Part shown: one piece after another, positions 39,858 to 48,489 of the stretch | How positions within the stretch are numbered: the stretch's first letter is position 1 | How the letters are laid out: every line of letters starts with the position of its first letter | Assembly (NCBI GenBank): GCA_963740355.1 | Contig: CAVUDW010000003.1 | Location: 128,001 to 192,000 of the forward strand | Direction of reading: 5' to 3' | Length of the DNA stretch: 64,000 nt | Source of the DNA: an uncultured Gemmatimonadaceae bacterium | GTDB taxonomy: Bacteria > Gemmatimonadota > Gemmatimonadetes > Gemmatimonadales > Gemmatimonadaceae | The notes under the pieces: model-generated | What the model was told of the DNA's origin: nothing | Databases searched by the model: none | Seen by the model: the letters and a program-made list of their open reading frames with translations, nothing else | Program-made: the position numbers and the translations under genes

Positions 39858-40772
39858 CTACTTCGACGCGACCACGGCCTTCGGTGGCAGCGTCTTCAGG
39901 TAGAGATACAGCCCATGCAATTCCTCGTCTGACATCTTGCCCATTGCCTTCCACGGCATCAGGTCGATCAGCTGTCGACCATCGGGACGGATGCCTTCCC
40001 GGAAGACGCGCACGAACTCGGCCTCGCTCCAGCGGCCGATGTCACCGCTCGGCGTGATGTTCGCAGAGTGTTTCGCATCGGCGGGTTGACCGGGCACCGG
40101 CCCGCCGCCGTAGTCCACACCGTGACATCCAATGCAGCCCGAGCCGATGTATCGCCCCTGCTCGAGCGTACCGCCAATGGGGGCCTTTGCCAGCGTCTGG
40201 CGCGAATGATCGATGACATCATACGCCACCGGAATCTTGCCGGCGGCGATCAAGCCGCGCCCAATCGGACCGAGCGACGTCAGCGGAAGTTCGTGATCGA
40301 CTGGTGGCCGGGTGCGAATGTTCGCAATCAGCGCCGCGATGTCGTCGTCAGCCAGCGTCTGATACTCGAGCGACGGCATGATCAACAGCTTCCGGCCATT
40401 CCACGACACGCCATCGCGAATCGCCGCATCGAGTGCGGCGTCGGTGTAGTGTGACAACACTCCACCCTTGCCGGCCGTCAGGTTGCTCGACACCAGACGA
40501 CCGAACGCAGGATCGTCGGCCATCACCTTGCCAGCCAGGTTTTCGGTGTGACAGTCCTGACAGCCGTAGGTCTCGGTCAGCTTCCGGCCCTTGGCGAGGA
40601 GCGCCGAGTCGGCGACGACCTCGATCGCCTTTCGCGTCGGCGGGACGCCGGTCCGAGTGAGCGTCCACTGCGTCTGCGCGTACACCGCACCAATCGCCAC
40701 GACTGCAATTCCAAGCACGACTGCCAGCCCACGTCCAACCCAGCGTAAGGCACGCATCGCTGCCGCTCCCAT
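39858..40772 (-). CDS. Membrane-anchored di-haem cytochrome c
   Basis: CQDCH and CIGCH, each followed by N(L/I)T and MP distal-ligand motifs. Confidence 0.9.
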   Translation of the reverse strand: MGAAAMRALRWVGRGLAVVLGIAVVAIGAVYAQTQWTLTRTGVPPTRKAIEVVADSALLAKGRKLTETYGCQDCHTENLAGKVMADDPAFGRLVSSNLTAGKGGVLSHYTDAALDAAIRDGVSWNGRKLLIMPSLEYQTLADDDIAALIANIRTRPPVDHELPLTSLGPIGRGLIAAGKIPVAYDVIDHSRQTLAKAPIGGTLEQGRYIGSGCIGCHGVDYGGGPVPGQPADAKHSANITPSGDIGRWSEAEFVRVFREGIRPDGRQLIDLMPWKAMGKMSDEELHGLYLYLKTLPPKAVVASK

Positions 40773-40853
40773 GCATGAAGGGTGAATGACTCCCTACAGT
40801 ACGGAGCGGACCGGCGTTTTGTATCACTACGCCGAGCCGGCGGCCTCAGCTAT

Positions 40854-41978
40854 TCAGTCCGTCGCCGCTGGCAGTGTCAGGAGCGCCGACGTGCCGCGGC
40901 CGATCTCGCTCTCGAGCGACAGGGTGCCACCATGCGCCCGCACGATGCCGTGCGCGATCGCCAACCCCAAGCCCGCCCCTGAACGATCGGTGCGCTTGCT
41001 CTGCCAGAAGCGATCGAAAACGAACGGCAGGTCTTCGGCCGCGATGCCATCGCCGGTGTCCTGTACGATCACCAGGATGCCAGTCGGATGCCGCAGTGCA
41101 CGCATGCGCACCTGTCCGCCCTCCGGCGTGAACTTCACCGCATTGCCGACCAGGTTCGACAACACCTGCGCGATCCGATCAGGGTCGATGTCGACCATCG
41201 GCAATCCTGCCTCGAGTTCCGTCTCGAGGGTCACGCCACGAGCGGCCGCCAACGGGGCCAGCAGGTCGGCGGTCGTGGCCATCAACGCACCAATCGCCTC
41301 GGGACGCTTCGAAATGCGCAGCTGCCCGCGCTCGAGACGCGTCACATCGAGCAGGTCCTGGATCAGCGTATCCATCTGCGTGGCCGCCTGCAGCATGACG
41401 CTCGCGTGTTCCGAGGCCATCGGCGGCATGCGCGTCGCACTGGCATCACTCGGAATGCGCATCAGTGCCGACGCCAGCATCTTCACGGCGTTCACTGGGT
41501 TGCGAAGATCGTGCGACACGAGGCCAAGCAGGTCATCACGATCGCGGACTGCATTCTCCGCATCGGCCAGTGCACGCTGCACCAGCGCCTCGGTTCGGCG
41601 TTGCTCCGAGACATCGCGCATCACGACGGCGAACAAGGTGCCTTCATCCGTCACCACGCGCGCGATCGCTGCCTCGGCCGAGAATTCCTCGCCATTCTTT
41701 CGCAGCCCGAAGATCGGTGAGCGCTCCGACATCTTGCGCGCCTCGCTGTCACTGTGGCCAAAGGCGCGAATGTGCCCGCTGTGCGCGACGTGAAAACGGT
41801 TCGGCAGGAGCATCGAAAGCGATTGCCCAACCACCTCGGCCGGCGCATGCCCGAACATCCGGGTGGCCCCGTCATTGAAGAAGCAGATGACCTGACGCTC
41901 ATCGACGCAAATGATCGCATCGGAGGCGATGTGGAGGATGCGCGCGAGGACGCGGTCGGGAACGGTGGTATTTGGCAT
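40854..41978 (-). CDS. Soluble PAS sensor histidine kinase (FixL-like PAS)
   Basis: PAS DAIICVD...FN..A..MFG...MLLP..FHVAHSGHI; SHDLRNP, NAVKF, DTGDG, GAGLGL boxes; no TM. Confidence 0.9.
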   Translation of the reverse strand: MPNTTVPDRVLARILHIASDAIICVDERQVICFFNDGATRMFGHAPAEVVGQSLSMLLPNRFHVAHSGHIRAFGHSDSEARKMSERSPIFGLRKNGEEFSAEAAIARVVTDEGTLFAVVMRDVSEQRRTEALVQRALADAENAVRDRDDLLGLVSHDLRNPVNAVKMLASALMRIPSDASATRMPPMASEHASVMLQAATQMDTLIQDLLDVTRLERGQLRISKRPEAIGALMATTADLLAPLAAARGVTLETELEAGLPMVDIDPDRIAQVLSNLVGNAVKFTPEGGQVRMRALRHPTGILVIVQDTGDGIAAEDLPFVFDRFWQSKRTDRSGAGLGLAIAHGIVRAHGGTLSLESEIGRGTSALLTLPAATD

Positions 41979-42012
41979 TGGCGGGAATGGTACTTTCCTG
42001 CCAATGGAAAGG

Positions 42013-42031
42013 TGTCCGGCTTCGCCTGACA
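42013..42031. promoter_or_regulatory. Operator-like palindrome between the divergent kinase and regulator genes
   Basis: TGTCCGG-CTTCG-CCTGACA, extended by GG/CC flanks. Confidence 0.7.
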
Positions 42032-42080
42032 CCGCACGGGCCTCGAATGCTGCACTCTTGCGCCAGACCTGGAGGTCACC

Positions 42081-42752
42081 ATGGATAACGACGTAATCAC
42101 TGTGCTCCTGGCGGACGACCACGCCGTCGTGCGCTACGGGCTGAAAGCGGTACTGCAGACGGCGCCGGACATCACGGTGATCGGTGAAGCCCGCAACGGC
42201 CGCGAGGCGGTGGATGCCGCCATGCGGTTGAAGCCGGATGTGGTGGTGATGGACCTGAGCATGGATGGCATGGACGGCGCGGCCGCGACGAAGGAGCTGC
42301 AGCGCCTTCAATCGACGTCCCGCATCCTCGTGCTCTCGATGCACGCCGAGGATGAGCATCTCGTCCGGTTGCTGGAGGCGGGGGCGAGCGGCTACCTGGT
42401 CAAGAACGCCGCCGACCGCGAGCTGGTCGACGCCGTCCGCATGGTGGCGCGCGGCGACCAGTACCTGCGCCTGGGAGCCGTGCGGGCCCTCGCCAAGGAG
42501 CTCAAGAAGCGCGAACATCGCGCGGCTGAGCAGACACAATACGAATCGCTGTCAGATCGCGAACGATCGATCCTGCGACTCATCGCCGCCGGCTACACCG
42601 GGCCGGACATTGGCGCCCAGCTGAATATCAGTGCGAAGACGGTGGACACGTACAAGCAGCGGATCCAGGAAAAGATCGGCCTTGCCCATCGCCCGGATTA
42701 TGTCCGGTTTGCGGTCCGGCTCGGTCTCCTCGATGAAGAAGTGCGCATGTAG
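42081..42752 (+). CDS. NarL/LuxR-family response regulator
   Basis: LADDHAVVR, MDLSM, GYLVK, LSDRE...IGAQLNISAKTVDTY helix-turn-helix. Confidence 0.95.
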   Translation: MDNDVITVLLADDHAVVRYGLKAVLQTAPDITVIGEARNGREAVDAAMRLKPDVVVMDLSMDGMDGAAATKELQRLQSTSRILVLSMHAEDEHLVRLLEAGASGYLVKNAADRELVDAVRMVARGDQYLRLGAVRALAKELKKREHRAAEQTQYESLSDRERSILRLIAAGYTGPDIGAQLNISAKTVDTYKQRIQEKIGLAHRPDYVRFAVRLGLLDEEVRM

Positions 42753-42837
42753 GGCATCACCTGACGGCTGTGTAAGGCGCACTTCCGATCTTTTAGGGGT
42801 TACCCCGACATTACCTGACAGGTGTAAGGCGGAACTT
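42748..42837. promoter_or_regulatory. Array of operator-like sites upstream of ccoN
   Basis: TGTAGGG-CATCA-CCTGACG (42748-42766), TGTAAGG (42771), TTTAGGG-GTTAC-CCCGACA (42792-42810), CCTGACA (42814), TGTAAGG (42823). Confidence 0.65.
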
Positions 42838-42899
42838 AGGGACAGTCATTCGCGCGCTCTGCGCGTTGGCTGTCCCTTCTGCTTCCGAGGTCTTCGCCG

Positions 42900-45347
42900 A
42901 TGACCGCTGCCGCGGCTGCTCCCCCGAGCGCGACAACGCCCCTCGACGCGTTTTCTTACGACGACGCCATCGTCCGCAAATTCCTGGTCGCCTGCGTGGC
43001 GTGGGGCGCGATCGGCATGCTCGTCGGCGTGCTCATCGCGGCCCAGCTCGCCGACCCGATCTTCAACCTCGGCCTGCCGTTCACGAGCTTCGGACGGTTG
43101 CGACCGCTGCACACGAACGCGGTCATCTTCGCTTTCGGCGGCAACGCCTTCTTCTGTGGCTGCTACTACTCGACGCAGCGCCTGACGAAGGCCCGGATGT
43201 TCAGCGACACGTTGAGCAAGATCCATTTCTGGGGCTGGCAGGCCATCATCCTCGCGGCCGCCCTCACCCTGCCCTTCGGCTTCACGCAGGCCAAGGAATA
43301 TGCCGAGCTCGAATGGCCGATCGACATTGCGATCGCCGTCATCTGGGTCGTATTTGCCGTCAACTTCATCGGTACGCTGATCAAGCGCCGCGAGCGCCAC
43401 CTCTACGTGGCGCTCTGGTTCTATCTGGCCTCGATCATCACCGTCGCGATCCTGCACATCTTCAACAACCTGTCGATCCCGGCCGGTCCGATGAAGAGCT
43501 ACAGCATCTACGCCGGTGTGCAGGACGCCTTCATGCAGTGGTGGTATGGCCACAACGCCGTCGCGTTCTTCCTCACGACGCCGTTCCTCGGCCTGATGTA
43601 CTACTTCATGCCGAAAGCCGCCGAGGGCCCGGTGTTCAGCTACCGGCTCTCGATCCTGCATTTCTGGTCCTTGGTCTTCATGTACATCTGGGCCGGCCCG
43701 CATCACCTGCACTACACCTCGTTGCCGGAGTGGGCTGGTTCACTCGGCATGGTGTTCAGTGTGATGCTCTGGGCCCCAAGCTGGGGGGGCATGATCAACG
43801 GCCTGCTCACGTTGCGCGGCGGCTGGCACAAGGTGGTGAACGACCCCATCCTGAAGTTCTTCGTCATCGGCATCACCGCCTACGGCATGTCGACGTTCGA
43901 AGGCCCGATGCTCTCGATCAAGAGTGTCAACGCACTCGCGCACTACAGCGATTGGATCATCGCCCACGTGCACACCGGCGCGCTTGGCTGGAATGGCTTC
44001 ATCACGTTCGGCATGATCTACTGGCTGCTGCCACGGTTGTTCCAGACGCCGCTGTACAGCAAGCGCCTGGCCGAACTGCATTTCTGGATCGGCACCTTCG
44101 GCATCATCCTCTACGTCGTGTCGATCTACTCCGCCGGCGTGACGCAGGGCCTGATGTGGCGTGCCTTCGATGAAACCGGACGCCTCATGTATCCGGACTT
44201 CATCGAGACGGTGGTGCGACTGCTGCCGATGTACTGGGTGCGCGTGGTGGGTGGTTCGCTCTATCTCGTGGGCGTGTTGATGATGGCCTGGAACATCTTC
44301 ATGACCTGGAAGGCGCGACCCGCCGTGTACGACGTGCCGGTGATCCATGCCGCACCGCTGGCCAAGCAGTGGAAGGAGCCCGTCGTGCCGAAGCCGGCCG
44401 GCGAAGGCCTCATCGGCTGGGTGCGCGCCATGCGCTACCACCGCAAGTGGGAGGCGATGCCGGTGTTGTTCACGGTGCTCGTCACGGTGGCCGTGGCCGT
44501 CGCGTCGCTGTTCGAGATCATTCCGACGTTCCTCATCAAGTCGAATGTCCCGACCATCGCGAGTGTGCATCCGTACACGCCGCTCGAGCTCTACGGTCGC
44601 GACATCTACATCCGCGAAGGCTGCTTCAACTGTCACTCGCAGATGGTGCGACCGTTGCGCTACGAGACGGAGCGGTACGGCGAGTACTCGAAGCCGGGTG
44701 AGAGCGTGTACGATCACCCGTTCCTCTTCGGCTCGAAGCGCAATGGCCCGGACCTGGCGCGCGAGGGGAGCAAGTATCCGAACCTCTGGCACGTCACGCA
44801 CTTCAACAATCCGCGTGACATCGTCACCGGGTCGCTGATGCCGGCCTATCCGCACTTCGCGAAGAATCCGATCCCGTGGGCGGACATCCAGAAGCGCGTG
44901 GGCGTGATGGCGATGCTCGGCGTGCCGTACGGCTCCGCGGTGACGAACGCCGAGGCGATGGCGAAGCAGCAGGCCTCCGAGGTGGCGGCAGACATCGAGA
45001 AGAACGGTGGACCGGCCAATCTCGGCGACAAGGACATCGTGGCGCTGATCGCCTACGTGCAGCGTCTCGGGCAGGACATCAAGCTGGCGAATGCAGCGCC
45101 AGTCGCAGCGCCGGCGGCGAAGGTCGCCATCGCAACTCCCATCGACACGGACGGCACCATGAGCCTGACCGACATCATGAGCGGTGCTGGTCTATCCGGC
45201 TACGCGGTGGTCGCCTTGATCCTCTTCTTCGGATCGTTCCTCGCACTGGTGGGCTGGGTCTGGTGGCCCAGCCATCAGGCCTGGTGGAGCGAAGCCGCAC
45301 AGATCCCCCTCGATGACGCCACGACCAACACGACGGAGTCCCGGTGA
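42900..45347 (+). CDS. ccoN: cbb3-type cytochrome c oxidase subunits I and II fused, reading through into a CcoQ-like tail (45159-45347)
   Basis: RLRPLHTNAVIF, WWYGHNAV, GPHHLHY, HVH; CcoO REGCFNCHSQMVRP and GPDLAR; C-terminal TM plus AAQIPLDD typical of CcoQ. Confidence 0.95.
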   Translation: MTAAAAAPPSATTPLDAFSYDDAIVRKFLVACVAWGAIGMLVGVLIAAQLADPIFNLGLPFTSFGRLRPLHTNAVIFAFGGNAFFCGCYYSTQRLTKARMFSDTLSKIHFWGWQAIILAAALTLPFGFTQAKEYAELEWPIDIAIAVIWVVFAVNFIGTLIKRRERHLYVALWFYLASIITVAILHIFNNLSIPAGPMKSYSIYAGVQDAFMQWWYGHNAVAFFLTTPFLGLMYYFMPKAAEGPVFSYRLSILHFWSLVFMYIWAGPHHLHYTSLPEWAGSLGMVFSVMLWAPSWGGMINGLLTLRGGWHKVVNDPILKFFVIGITAYGMSTFEGPMLSIKSVNALAHYSDWIIAHVHTGALGWNGFITFGMIYWLLPRLFQTPLYSKRLAELHFWIGTFGIILYVVSIYSAGVTQGLMWRAFDETGRLMYPDFIETVVRLLPMYWVRVVGGSLYLVGVLMMAWNIFMTWKARPAVYDVPVIHAAPLAKQWKEPVVPKPAGEGLIGWVRAMRYHRKWEAMPVLFTVLVTVAVAVASLFEIIPTFLIKSNVPTIASVHPYTPLELYGRDIYIREGCFNCHSQMVRPLRYETERYGEYSKPGESVYDHPFLFGSKRNGPDLAREGSKYPNLWHVTHFNNPRDIVTGSLMPAYPHFAKNPIPWADIQKRVGVMAMLGVPYGSAVTNAEAMAKQQASEVAADIEKNGGPANLGDKDIVALIAYVQRLGQDIKLANAAPVAAPAAKVAIATPIDTDGTMSLTDIMSGAGLSGYAVVALILFFGSFLALVGWVWWPSHQAWWSEAAQIPLDDATTNTTESR

Positions 45348-45907
45348 CCAATCCGAATGAGCGCGATCGCCTGATCGAGCACTCGTACGACGGCATCCAG
45401 GAGTACGACAATCCGATGCCAGCGTGGTGGGTGTTCACGTTCTGGGTCACCATCGTCTTCTCGATCTTCTACTACGTCAATCCCGGCAACACGGGCGTTG
45501 GCAAGGGTCGCGTCGCGGAGTACGAGGAAGACATGGCGGCGTTCCGTGCCGCGCATCCCGTGAACACGGGCGGCGGCAATCCGGCCGCCCTGCTGGCCGC
45601 TGTTGCACGTCCTGCTGAGGTGAACCAGGGAAAGCTGATCTACGCCGGCAAATGTGCGGCCTGTCATGCGGTGGATGGCGGCGGCATCATCGGACCGAAC
45701 CTGACCGACGATGCCTGGCTGCATGGCGGCACCATCGACTCGATCTACAACACGGTCAACAACGGCGTGCTGGTGAAGGGCATGCCGGCGTGGGGCAAGC
45801 TGCTCAAGCCGGATGAACTGACGGAAGTGGTGGCGTACGTCTGGACGCTGCACGGGACCACGCCAGCGAAGCCGAAGGAGCCGCAAGGCGTGGTCGTGCC
45901 TCGGTGA
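45344..45907 (+). CDS. ccoP: cbb3 oxidase subunit III (short mono-haem form)
   Basis: HSYDGIQEYDNPMPAWW, CAACH, GPNLTD, KGMPAW. Confidence 0.93.
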   Translation: MTNPNERDRLIEHSYDGIQEYDNPMPAWWVFTFWVTIVFSIFYYVNPGNTGVGKGRVAEYEEDMAAFRAAHPVNTGGGNPAALLAAVARPAEVNQGKLIYAGKCAACHAVDGGGIIGPNLTDDAWLHGGTIDSIYNTVNNGVLVKGMPAWGKLLKPDELTEVVAYVWTLHGTTPAKPKEPQGVVVPR

Positions 45908-47331
45908 GCGCTCCGCGGGCCGCAGGCCGTGTATTGCCAACGTTGAACGAGGACGGATCGCGCTACTGGATCCGTCCCCGACCGTCGCAGGGTGCGTGGT
46001 GGACGAGGCGAATGGTGGTTGGCTATTCGCTGATCGCGTTCTTCATCACGCTGCCACACCTGCGCTGGATGGGGAAGCCGCTCATCCTCCTGAACGTCCC
46101 GCGGCGCGAGTTCACCTTGCTGGGCAGCACCTTCCTGCCGACGGACACGCTGCTGCTGATGCTGATCCTCGGTAGTGTGGTGATTTCCATTTTCTTGTTC
46201 TCGGCGCTGTTCGGGCGAGTGTGGTGCGGGTGGGGATGCCCGCAAACGGTCTACATGGAGTTCGTCTTCCGCCCCATCGAGCGCCTGCTCGAAGGTGGGC
46301 GTAGCGGCTCGCTGGCGATGGACAAGAAGCCGGGGATGATGGCCCCGCGCCGCATCCTCAAGTACCTCATCTACCTGCCGATCTCGTTGCTGCTCGCGCA
46401 CACCTTCCTCGCCTACTTCGTGGGGACGGACACGCTGGCGGAATGGGTTCGGCTGTCGCCTTACGAACATCCGACGCCATTCCTGGTGATGGCTGTGACG
46501 ACGGCGCTGATCTTCATCGACTTCGGCTGGTTTCGCGAGCAGACGTGCCTCATTGCGTGCCCATACGGCCGCTGGCAGTCAGCGCTGATCGACAAGCGCT
46601 CCATGATCGTCGCCTACGACGCCAAGCGCGGCGAACCGCGCCGCGCCGGCAGTGTGCGCGGTGACGCGGCTGGTGACTGCGTGTCGTGCAACGCCTGTGT
46701 CTTTACCTGCCCTACCGGTATCGACATCCGCAATGGCCTCCAGATGGAGTGTGTGCACTGCACGCAATGCATCGATGCCTGCGATCACGTGATGGAGGCG
46801 TTGAACAAGCCGAAGGGGCTGATTCGGTATGCCTCCCAGGAGGGGCTGGCCGGCAATGCCGGTGGGTTGCTGCGACCGCGCGTCGTCATCTACTCGGTCG
46901 CGCTCGCGATCGTGCTCAGTGGGCTCGCGATTGCGCTCTCGACTCGCGCCGACGCCGAAGTGATCGTGCTGCGTTCCAGTTCAGAGCCGTACCGTGTGGA
47001 AGACGATGGGCGCGTCGCCAATCAATTGCGGGTCAAGATCGTGAACCGGTCACATGCGCGGCAGAACTACACCGTCGCAGTCACAGGACTGGACGGCGGC
47101 ACCGTGATCGCCCCCGAACTACCGCTCGCGATCGAACCAGGGGGGCAGCGCACGACAAGTATCTTCGTGATTGCACCCTTCGCAGCGTTCTCGGAAGGTC
47201 GACACAAGGTGGTGCTGCGGATCAGTGACAACGCCGATTTCAACAAGGACTTTCCGTTCGTCCTGCTCGGCCCGTCGCACGAAGAGCGCCACGAGAAACC
47301 GGAGGAGAAGCATGAAACGCGGAATCGGTAG
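45904..47331 (+). CDS. ccoG: cbb3 accessory 4Fe-4S membrane protein (CcoG/FixG)
   Basis: GRVWCGWGCPQT, CPYGRWQ, two ferredoxin CxxCxxCxxxC motifs. Confidence 0.93.
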   Translation: MSAPRAAGRVLPTLNEDGSRYWIRPRPSQGAWWTRRMVVGYSLIAFFITLPHLRWMGKPLILLNVPRREFTLLGSTFLPTDTLLLMLILGSVVISIFLFSALFGRVWCGWGCPQTVYMEFVFRPIERLLEGGRSGSLAMDKKPGMMAPRRILKYLIYLPISLLLAHTFLAYFVGTDTLAEWVRLSPYEHPTPFLVMAVTTALIFIDFGWFREQTCLIACPYGRWQSALIDKRSMIVAYDAKRGEPRRAGSVRGDAAGDCVSCNACVFTCPTGIDIRNGLQMECVHCTQCIDACDHVMEALNKPKGLIRYASQEGLAGNAGGLLRPRVVIYSVALAIVLSGLAIALSTRADAEVIVLRSSSEPYRVEDDGRVANQLRVKIVNRSHARQNYTVAVTGLDGGTVIAPELPLAIEPGGQRTTSIFVIAPFAAFSEGRHKVVLRISDNADFNKDFPFVLLGPSHEERHEKPEEKHETRNR

Positions 47332-47791
47332 CATCCAGCGCTGGCCGGCGGCGATCGTTGCGGTGTTGGTGGCACAGATGGGCTTTGGGATCTGGATGGC
47401 GAGGCTGGCCAACAGCGATCCACATTTTGCCGTCGAGTCCAACTACTACAACAAGGCCGTGAACTGGGACGCGACGATGGCGCAGGCGCGCACCGATCGC
47501 GCACTCGGCTGGAAAGCTGCGACCACCCTGACACGAACCAGCGGTCGCGGTGCAGCGTTGCGCGTGACTCTGGTCGATTCGCTGGGCGGTGTGTTGCAGG
47601 CCGACTCCGTGCAGGTGGAGGCGCTCGCGATCGCACATGCATCACAGCCGGACTCGCTTGCGCTCCGTCCCGATGGTGTTGGCTATACCGCGCCGATCGT
47701 GGATGCCGGTGCCGGACTCTGGGAAGTGAACGTGCGGGCAGTGAAAGGACGCGATGTCTTCACCGCTAGGCTGCGGACTGAATTGCAGTGA
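47312..47791 (+). CDS. ccoH: FixH/CcoH-family protein
   Basis: WP plus TM, VESNYYNKA, LGW; position in operon. Confidence 0.8.
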   Translation: MKRGIGSIQRWPAAIVAVLVAQMGFGIWMARLANSDPHFAVESNYYNKAVNWDATMAQARTDRALGWKAATTLTRTSGRGAALRVTLVDSLGGVLQADSVQVEALAIAHASQPDSLALRPDGVGYTAPIVDAGAGLWEVNVRAVKGRDVFTARLRTELQ

Positions 47792-48489
47792 TGCTGCTGG
47801 CCGGCGTCCTCGTCGCGAGCTTGCTGGGCTCGATCCACTGCGGCGCGATGTGCAGTGCCTTCGCCTGCCTGGCGAACGGCAACGCCCGTCGCGGCGCGTG
47901 GTATCATGGCGGACGACTGGTGGCGTATGTGATGCTTGGCGTGGCGGCCGGCACGGTCGGGGCTGGGCTGGACAAGGCGGGCCTGATTGCGAACGTGCAA
48001 CGGACGGCCGCGTTGGTGACGAGCATCGCGCTGGTTGCGTGGGGGCTGATGCAGCTGCGTGAGGCCCGCCGCGCACGACAGTTCGCCGGCGCCACGGCCT
48101 GGGGTGGTACGCTCGCGACGCTGGTGGGTCGCACGGCCACGTGGGACCCACGGGCTCGCGCCACGGCCATTGGGCTGACCACGGGATTACTGCCTTGCGG
48201 CTGGCTCTGGGCCTTCATCGCGACTGCCATGGGCACAGGCACACCGCTTCGCGCGGCTACAGTGATGGTCGTGTTCTGGGCCGGAACCGTGCCGATGTTG
48301 CTCGCCGTCGCGGCGGGTTTGCGGCGTTTCGGCCCGATCACACGTGTGCGGTGGCCGCTCGCCAGTGCCTCGCTGGTGGTATTGCTCGGCCTTGGCGAAC
48401 TGGCATCGCACCTGCTGATGCCAACCATGAATGCAGACCCGCGCGCGACATCTGCTCATTCGAGTCACCTCCATCAGCCAACGCCCTGA
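47788..48489 (+). CDS. DsbD_2/TauE-SafE-like membrane protein of cco clusters
   Basis: GSIHCGAMC, YHGGRL..Y, GLLPCG, FWAGTVP. Confidence 0.88.
   Translation: MMLLAGVLVASLLGSIHCGAMCSAFACLANGNARRGAWYHGGRLVAYVMLGVAAGTVGAGLDKAGLIANVQRTAALVTSIALVAWGLMQLREARRARQFAGATAWGGTLATLVGRTATWDPRARATAIGLTTGLLPCGWLWAFIATAMGTGTPLRAATVMVVFWAGTVPMLLAVAAGLRRFGPITRVRWPLASASLVVLLGLGELASHLLMPTMNADPRATSAHSSHLHQPTP

Noticed and set aside
40776..40798. Additional operator copy upstream of the di-haem cytochrome c
   Set aside because: Only the CCCTACA half-site fits; the partner half-site is at N9 rather than N5
42013..42031. The palindrome as a PpsR/CrtJ site
   Set aside because: PpsR sites are TGT-N12-ACA (18 bp); these are TGT-N13-ACA (19 bp) with conserved inner GG/CC
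40854..42539. 561-aa version of the kinase
   Set aside because: The N-terminal 187 codons are antisense to the response regulator or intergenic; the real start is likely ATG 41978
42753..42900. FNR/FixK box upstream of ccoN
   Set aside because: No TTGAT-N4-ATCAA match seen
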